A stretch of 40,415 nucleotides of DNA from Octopus bimaculoides (taxonomy: Eukaryota). The stretch lies in contig NC_068981.1 in the NCBI RefSeq assembly GCF_001194135.2, positions 104,183,681 to 104,224,095 of the forward strand, read 5' to 3'. The notes beneath the pieces are model-generated. The model had not been told where the DNA came from and searched no databases. It was given only the letters and a program-made list of their open reading frames with translations. The translations under genes and the position numbers were made by a program. Positions 35,126 to 40,415 of the stretch are shown one piece after another (within the stretch, counting starts at the first letter, position 1; each line of letters starts with the position of its first letter).

Positions 35126-35749
35126 TTCTACTTTCAGAATGCCATCGTTATTTATATATCATTATACAATTTCTTTTTTCTTCTCTGTGTATATGTGTGA
35201 GGTGTGTGTATGTGAGTGCCAATAACTAGTTCCAACGATTTTAAACTACTTCACACATACAGCTGCTCATTTATGTGCACATTTCACATCTATATCGCCT
35301 CTCCTGTGTATGATGCTGGGGTGACTGTGAAACTTTGTGACAGTTGATTACCCTTTAATAAGGCTGCCGGGTCTGCTAGGGACCTTTTTTTTTTATTTTT
35401 TCCTTCTCAGTTGTTGCAAGAGTATTTATGAGGTTGGTGGGGGTTAGAGCTTTTTGTTGTTCTTGAGTTTTTTTTATATATTTTTCCTGTGAGTTGTCAT
35501 TTTCTTTTTTTCTATATGTTTAGGGTACATTTTTTCTTTTTTGTTCTTTTTTTTTTCTTGGCTTCATTTTTGCCTCCAAACTTCACCAGATGTTTAAGAT
35601 TACTTCAATCATTTCAACTCAACTACTCTGACTCCTGTTTTCAGTTCAATTCTGTCAAAAGCAAAACAGTCTCCTCCCTGATTTAATTCTTCACGAAGAG
35701 AGACAGCCATGCTACCATTCTCTGAAGTATAGTGTGTGTGTGTAACTAG

Positions 35750-35783
<34 letters not shown>

Positions 35784-35805
35784 GAGTATGTGTTTTGATT
35801 TGTAT

Positions 35806-35844
<39 letters not shown>

Positions 35845-35976
35845 TATATATATATGTTTGTGTATATAGGCAATATATGTACATTTGCGTGTGTGTGTGT
35901 GTGTGCATATAGGGAAAATATATACGTCTGTATGTCTGTGTATACATATACACATTTATATATATACATACGTGCA

Positions 35977-36009
<33 letters not shown>

Positions 36010-36464
36010 CTCTGTTGACATTTTAAAAAAAACTGAGTAAGAAGAGACAGAAAAGAACATTAAAATTTAACAAAGAAGTTTTTAAAAAATAAGTAAATAT
36101 TTGTTTCTCAATGTTTTTTACACATTTCAATTTCTTCTTCATTCTTTCACTTATAACTCATTTCTGGTCTTGTTTAGTCTTTCTTTCTCAAATCCACTTG
36201 CTCCCTCTCTCTTTCTCCCTACATACGCACACACACATTTATATTATTAATACTATAAACATCAATTGTATGTAGTAATTATATATAATACATTAATTAT
36301 GAATTAATTTATCTCTCTGTTCCCTATCTATCCATCTTCCAGTCCATCCATCTACCCATCAATCTCTCCTTCTAATATCCCCAATCTTCTATTTGTCTGT
36401 TATCCCAAGCTGCCTAACTACCTCCTAGCTTAGATAAATATTCATGTATTAATAAATATATATC

Positions 36465-36860
36465 TTTCTTTTACTTGTTTCTGTCATTAGACTGCAGCCA
36501 TGCTGGGGCACCATCTTGAAGAATTTTTAGTTGAATAAATTGACCTCAGTACCTAAATTTTGTTAAGCCTGCTACTTATTCTATCAGTTCTCTTTTGCCG
36601 AACTGCTAAGTTACGGGGACATGAGTACACCAACTCTGGTTGTCAATCGGTGGTGGGGGGCAAATAGATACAGTAACACACACAAAGACACACATGTGCA
36701 CACACACACATACACGACAGGTTTCTCTCAAGTTTCCATCTACAAAATCCATTAAAAAGGCTATAGCAGAGGACACTTGCTCAAGGTGTAACACAATGGT
36801 ACTGAACCCAGAACCATGTGGTTGGGAAGCAAGCTTCTTATCACATAGCCATGCCTGCAC
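36465..36860 (-). mobile_element. SINE family A, full length
   Basis: tctttcttttacttgtttctgtcattagactgcagccatgctgggg ... gaacccagaaccatgtggttgggaagcaagcttc. Confidence 0.88.
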
Positions 36861-38393
36861 CTTGACTGAAAACTTACAACCGTGACTCAAGGGCCCAGAG
36901 CTTCATGCATTGCATGGCACTAATATTATATTAGTTCTGGGTATGACTTCAAACCTCCTTCCATAGTGGAGCCCTGCTTTGGGAGTTCTAGGGTTTTGAG
37001 GAGTGTGGAATCACTTCTTAAATACTATTGTTTCCTTGTCTACTCAGACCTGGAGTAGTAGCACCTGTCAGGGCCCCACCTATGAGTTAATTAATAAGTC
37101 AATTTGGTAGATGAAGCTCAATTACGTTGGTGGGAGCAAACTATCTAGATGAAGGAAAAGCTATGATGCTAAACCTCTGTTTCATTTGCAGCCATGCAAA
37201 GCAAATTCCAAATGCTTCTTAACATACAAACTCCTCGGTGACCATATTCTTTTCTCTCGCCTACCCAATGAAATACATATAAATTTACTTCTTTTTTCTC
37301 TAAGAACAGACATAAACTTCCTGTTGACAAAGAGTCCAGAACTCCAACTAAAGAGAATAAAACCCACAGAATTGTCTTCCCTTACCCACACTTCCTGTTT
37401 TGACACCACACTTCCTGTTTAACACATAAACTCTCAGCATTTTTAAACACAACACCATTCTTAATTACATGCATCCTAATCTTTCTAAAAATTATTTACA
37501 TGGATTACCATTGAACTTTAAAAACTCAAAGACAATATATTGTATTGGTATATTTATTTTTTTAATATATTTNNNNNNNNNNNNNNNNNNNNNNNNNNNN
37601 NNNNNNNNNNNNNNNNNNNNNNNNNNNNNNNNNNNNNNNNNNNNNNNNNNNNNNNNNNNNNNNNNNNNNNNNNNNNNNNNNNNNNNNNNNNNNNNNNNNN
37701 NNNNNNNNNNNNNNNNNNNNNNNNNNNNNNNNNNNNNNNNNNNNNNNNNNNNNNNNNNNNNNNNNNNNNNNNNNNNNNNNNNNNNNNNNNNNNNNNNNNN
37801 NNNNNNNNNNNNNNNNNNNNNNNNNNNNNNNNNNNNNNNNNNNNNNNNNNNNNNNNNNNNNNNNNNNNNNNNNNNNNNNNNNNNNNNNNNNNNNNNNNNN
37901 NNNNNNNNNNNNNNNNNNNNNNNNNNNNNNNNNNNNNNNNNNNNNNNNNNNNNNNNNNNNNNNNNNNNNNNNNNNNNNNNNNNNNNNNNNNNNNNNNNNN
38001 NNNNNNNNNNNNNNNNNNNNNNNNNNNNNNNNNNNNNNNNNNNNNNNNNNNNNNNNNNNNNNNNNNNNNNNNNNNNNNNNNNNNNNNNNNNNNNNNNNNN
38101 NNNNNNNNNNNNNNNNNNNNNNNNNNNNNNNNNNNNNNNNNNNNNNNNNNNNNNNNNNNNNNNNNNNNNNTCTCTCTCTCTCCTTATCTATCTTCCTTTC
38201 TTCATCTTCATTTATTCTTCCTTTCTCAATTTTTTTTCCAGCCACCTCTCTCAGTTTCTCTCTCTCACTCACTCACCATCTATCTCCTCAGTTTCATTTT
38301 TTTTTTTTTTTTTTTGGTTAAACTGGACAAGTAGACCATAGTGGGCTTTGAACTCAAAGAAGAAAGAGCTAGAGAAAATACTGCAATATATAA

Positions 38394-38550
38394 TAGGTGC
38401 AGGTTTGGCTGTGTGGTTAAGAAGTTTATTTAACAACTACATAATTTTGGGTTCACTCCCACTGCATGGCCCCTTGAGCAAGTGTCATCTACTATAGCCC
38501 TGGACCAACAAAGCCTTGTGAATGGATTTTGCAGGCAAAAAGCAATATAA
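38394..38550 (+). mobile_element. SINE family A 5' part
   Basis: aggtgcaggtttggctgtgtggttaagaag...ccttgagcaagtgtc...caaagccttgtgaatggattt. Confidence 0.75.
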
Positions 38551-38703
38551 CGTGTGTGTGTGTGTATTTAGGGTGTTTTGGGTAAAAAAAAACCTCATAA
38601 CACACATTTAAGAGCTACTTTGCTTTTGTTTGGCTTCATGTTATTATATCTCACGGTTTCTCTAGATATGGATATATATATATATATAAACACACACACA
38701 TAT

Positions 38704-38875
38704 ATAGTATTAATAATGATAAGGAGAATGGAGATTTTTATTTTTTCACATCCATAATTTTATTTAACAGTTATTTACATCATCTTTATGGGACCATGAT
38801 GTAAAGAATTATTAAATAAAATTATGGATGTGAAAAAATAGAAATCTCTGTTCTCCTTATCATTGTTGATACTAT
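38704..38875 (+). other. 80-bp inverted repeat (long hairpin), 12-nt loop
   Basis: Arms 38704-38783 and 38796-38875: 72 Watson-Crick pairs, 6 G-U, 1 C-A and 1 A-G on the + strand. Confidence 0.95.
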
Positions 38876-39149
38876 TAATTACTGTATGGAAATAGGCAGT
38901 CTTGAACAAAACAATCGGATTTACCTAGCGAGAAAAGTTGACAGAGCCTGCAACTTATTGTTGCCTTGGGTATCATAAAAGGACCATCATGGTTATCCAG
39001 CATCTGAAACCGAATTAACATCCCTTTAGACTCATTTTTGGAAATACATATATATATATATATATAATGGATTCTCTCATCAGGAACAACAAATAAGGGT
39101 TCAGTAAAAAAAAGCATCATTTATGTTCTATGAACACACGTGTCTCTTG

Positions 39150-39910
39150 AGGCCTGCTGGTGCCTTGCAAACCTTTCGACAAATGGAACAAGTTGGGTCA
39201 TTTGCTACATGTTTCCTTGAGTGGATGGCAAGACCTCTTTTGCTCCATGCCAGAAAACCACATGACAGGTAAGTGTTTCATTTGGAGGAGTGGCATTTTG
39301 TCAGTGTGCCTTCTTACTTGCACAAAGTTGGTCCTGATATTGGAGTCAACTTTGCTCAACTCTTTGAACTGAGGAGAAGAAGGACTGGCACTTGGCCTTG
39401 CATTCCAGTGCTTTATTTTCCCAGGAAGAAAAGGGAATGTTGCATCATTTCAGTTTGTCTTTGAAGCACAAAAGTGGCCTTCCAACTGACCTTCTTGTTG
39501 GGAATTGTCCAAAGAGGAGTTGCTTCAGAATTCTGATATCACTCATGTGCGGGAGATGGCCTATATCTAAGCTGTATTTTGATGAGGATGTCTTCAACAC
39601 TTTATATGTTGTATTTTGTTAGCACCTCATTGTTACAAATATGTTTGTTCAGTTTGATATTGGAGAAAGTACACAAGCATCAAGCTGGTTGATGTGCTTT
39701 TGGTACAGAGTCCAAGATTCAGGCTCATAAAGCAATGATGTCAAGACCACCAGCTTGTATACATCAACCTTCACCTTCAATATGTTGTGGCTGTTCCACA
39801 GCCTATGGTAAAGCTTACCAAAAGTGAAACTTGCCTTCCTGATTCTGAACTCAATTTCTTTATCCAGCTTAGCATCATTGGACACGATGAAACCAAGAAA
39901 ATTGGTCATT
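39150..39910 (-). mobile_element. RTE-BovB-like LINE 3' ORF relic
   Basis: FLGFIVSNDAKLDKEIEFRIRKASFTFGKLYHRLW...KVDVYKLVVLTSLLYEPESWTLY...GHLPHMSDIRILKQLLFGQ...GRPLLCFKDKLK. Frameshifted. Confidence 0.88.
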
Positions 39911-40021
39911 ACCTTACTCAGAAACAAGTAATGGTTGGTGACTGGAAAGGCATCTGGCCATAGAATATCCACCTCAACAAATTTTGTCAAACCTATGCAA
40001 GCATGAAAAAGTAAACATTAA

Positions 40022-40237
40022 CACTCTTTAGCATTCACATTATTGTGTCAAATGTAATGCTTATTTATTTACATAGTTTTGAATTAATCACTCATAATCT
40101 CATGGCCTCAAGATTTTGATGTAATTATCAATTTTTTTGTTTTAGATTGACATTGTAGGGCAGGTGAAAGAGATTGGAACTGGTAAGAGTGATCATAAAA
40201 GAGGTAGAATATTTGGGCCTGTTTAAATTGTAAAGGG
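40022..40237. mobile_element. piggyBac-type MITE
   Basis: ttaa-cactctttagcattc ... taaaggg-ttaa. Third copy of the family. Confidence 0.78.
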
Positions 40238-40372
40238 TTAAACGATCGCAACACTAATGACTTCACCATTGTACTGTTTTGAATTAATTAGTACTTTATT
40301 AATCAGACTCTGAGAGATGAAAGGCAAAGATGACCTCCAACTCTGACATTGTTTCATTAACTCCTCTCTCTA

Positions 40373-40410
<38 letters not shown>

Positions 40411-40415
40411 AATAT

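Noticed and set aside
35645-35726. Possible next + strand exon (IQFCQKQNSLLPDLILHEERQPCYHSLK) or alternative first exon MLPFSE
   Set aside because: The two readings are mutually incompatible at the same weak donor (GAA|gtatag), and the minus strand also has an open frame. It cannot be resolved without RNA data.
38924-39002. Minus-strand exon candidate MLDNHDGPFMIPKATISCRLCQLFSL; similar ones at 25464-25547, 34110-34235 and near 34482-34550
   Set aside because: Splice-site matches of this quality are common by chance. There is no recognisable homology and no consistent phase chain.

Overview
AT-rich, repeat-dense animal genomic DNA with five N-gaps (10174-10217, 12184-12252, 13281-13290, 30114-30499, 37573-38170). 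I recognise the SINE families from memory as octopus-type, so a coleoid cephalopod origin is an inference that I have not checked by search. Nearly all ORFs in the supplied track are artefacts of (TA)n/(CA)n/(AGAT)n microsatellites, N-runs or the antisense strand of dead transposons. The window is mostly intronic/intergenic sequence. It holds decayed Tc1 and mariner transposons, RTE-type LINE relics, Penelope-like (PLE) RT relics, several tRNA-derived SINE families and piggyBac-type and pogo-type MITEs. A sparse + strand spliced gene is plausible: non-coding exons at 10486-10555 and 12958-13028, a start exon at 20530-20692 and a phase-compatible coding exon at 34435-34574, with the product unidentified. 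The most interesting unexplained signals are RNA-structural: (1) a near-canonical minimal type I hammerhead ribozyme at 124-168; (2) hammerhead-like motifs with a C3U/G8A covarying core in both arms of a ~227-bp inverted repeat around the 30.1-30.5 kb gap; (3) an 80-bp hairpin at 38704-38875 whose arm differences are mostly G-U compatible on the + strand; (4) a 42-bp pre-miRNA-like hairpin at 27666-27765 just downstream of a candidate 30-nt microexon. I found no rRNA, true tRNA gene, CRISPR array or intact transposase.
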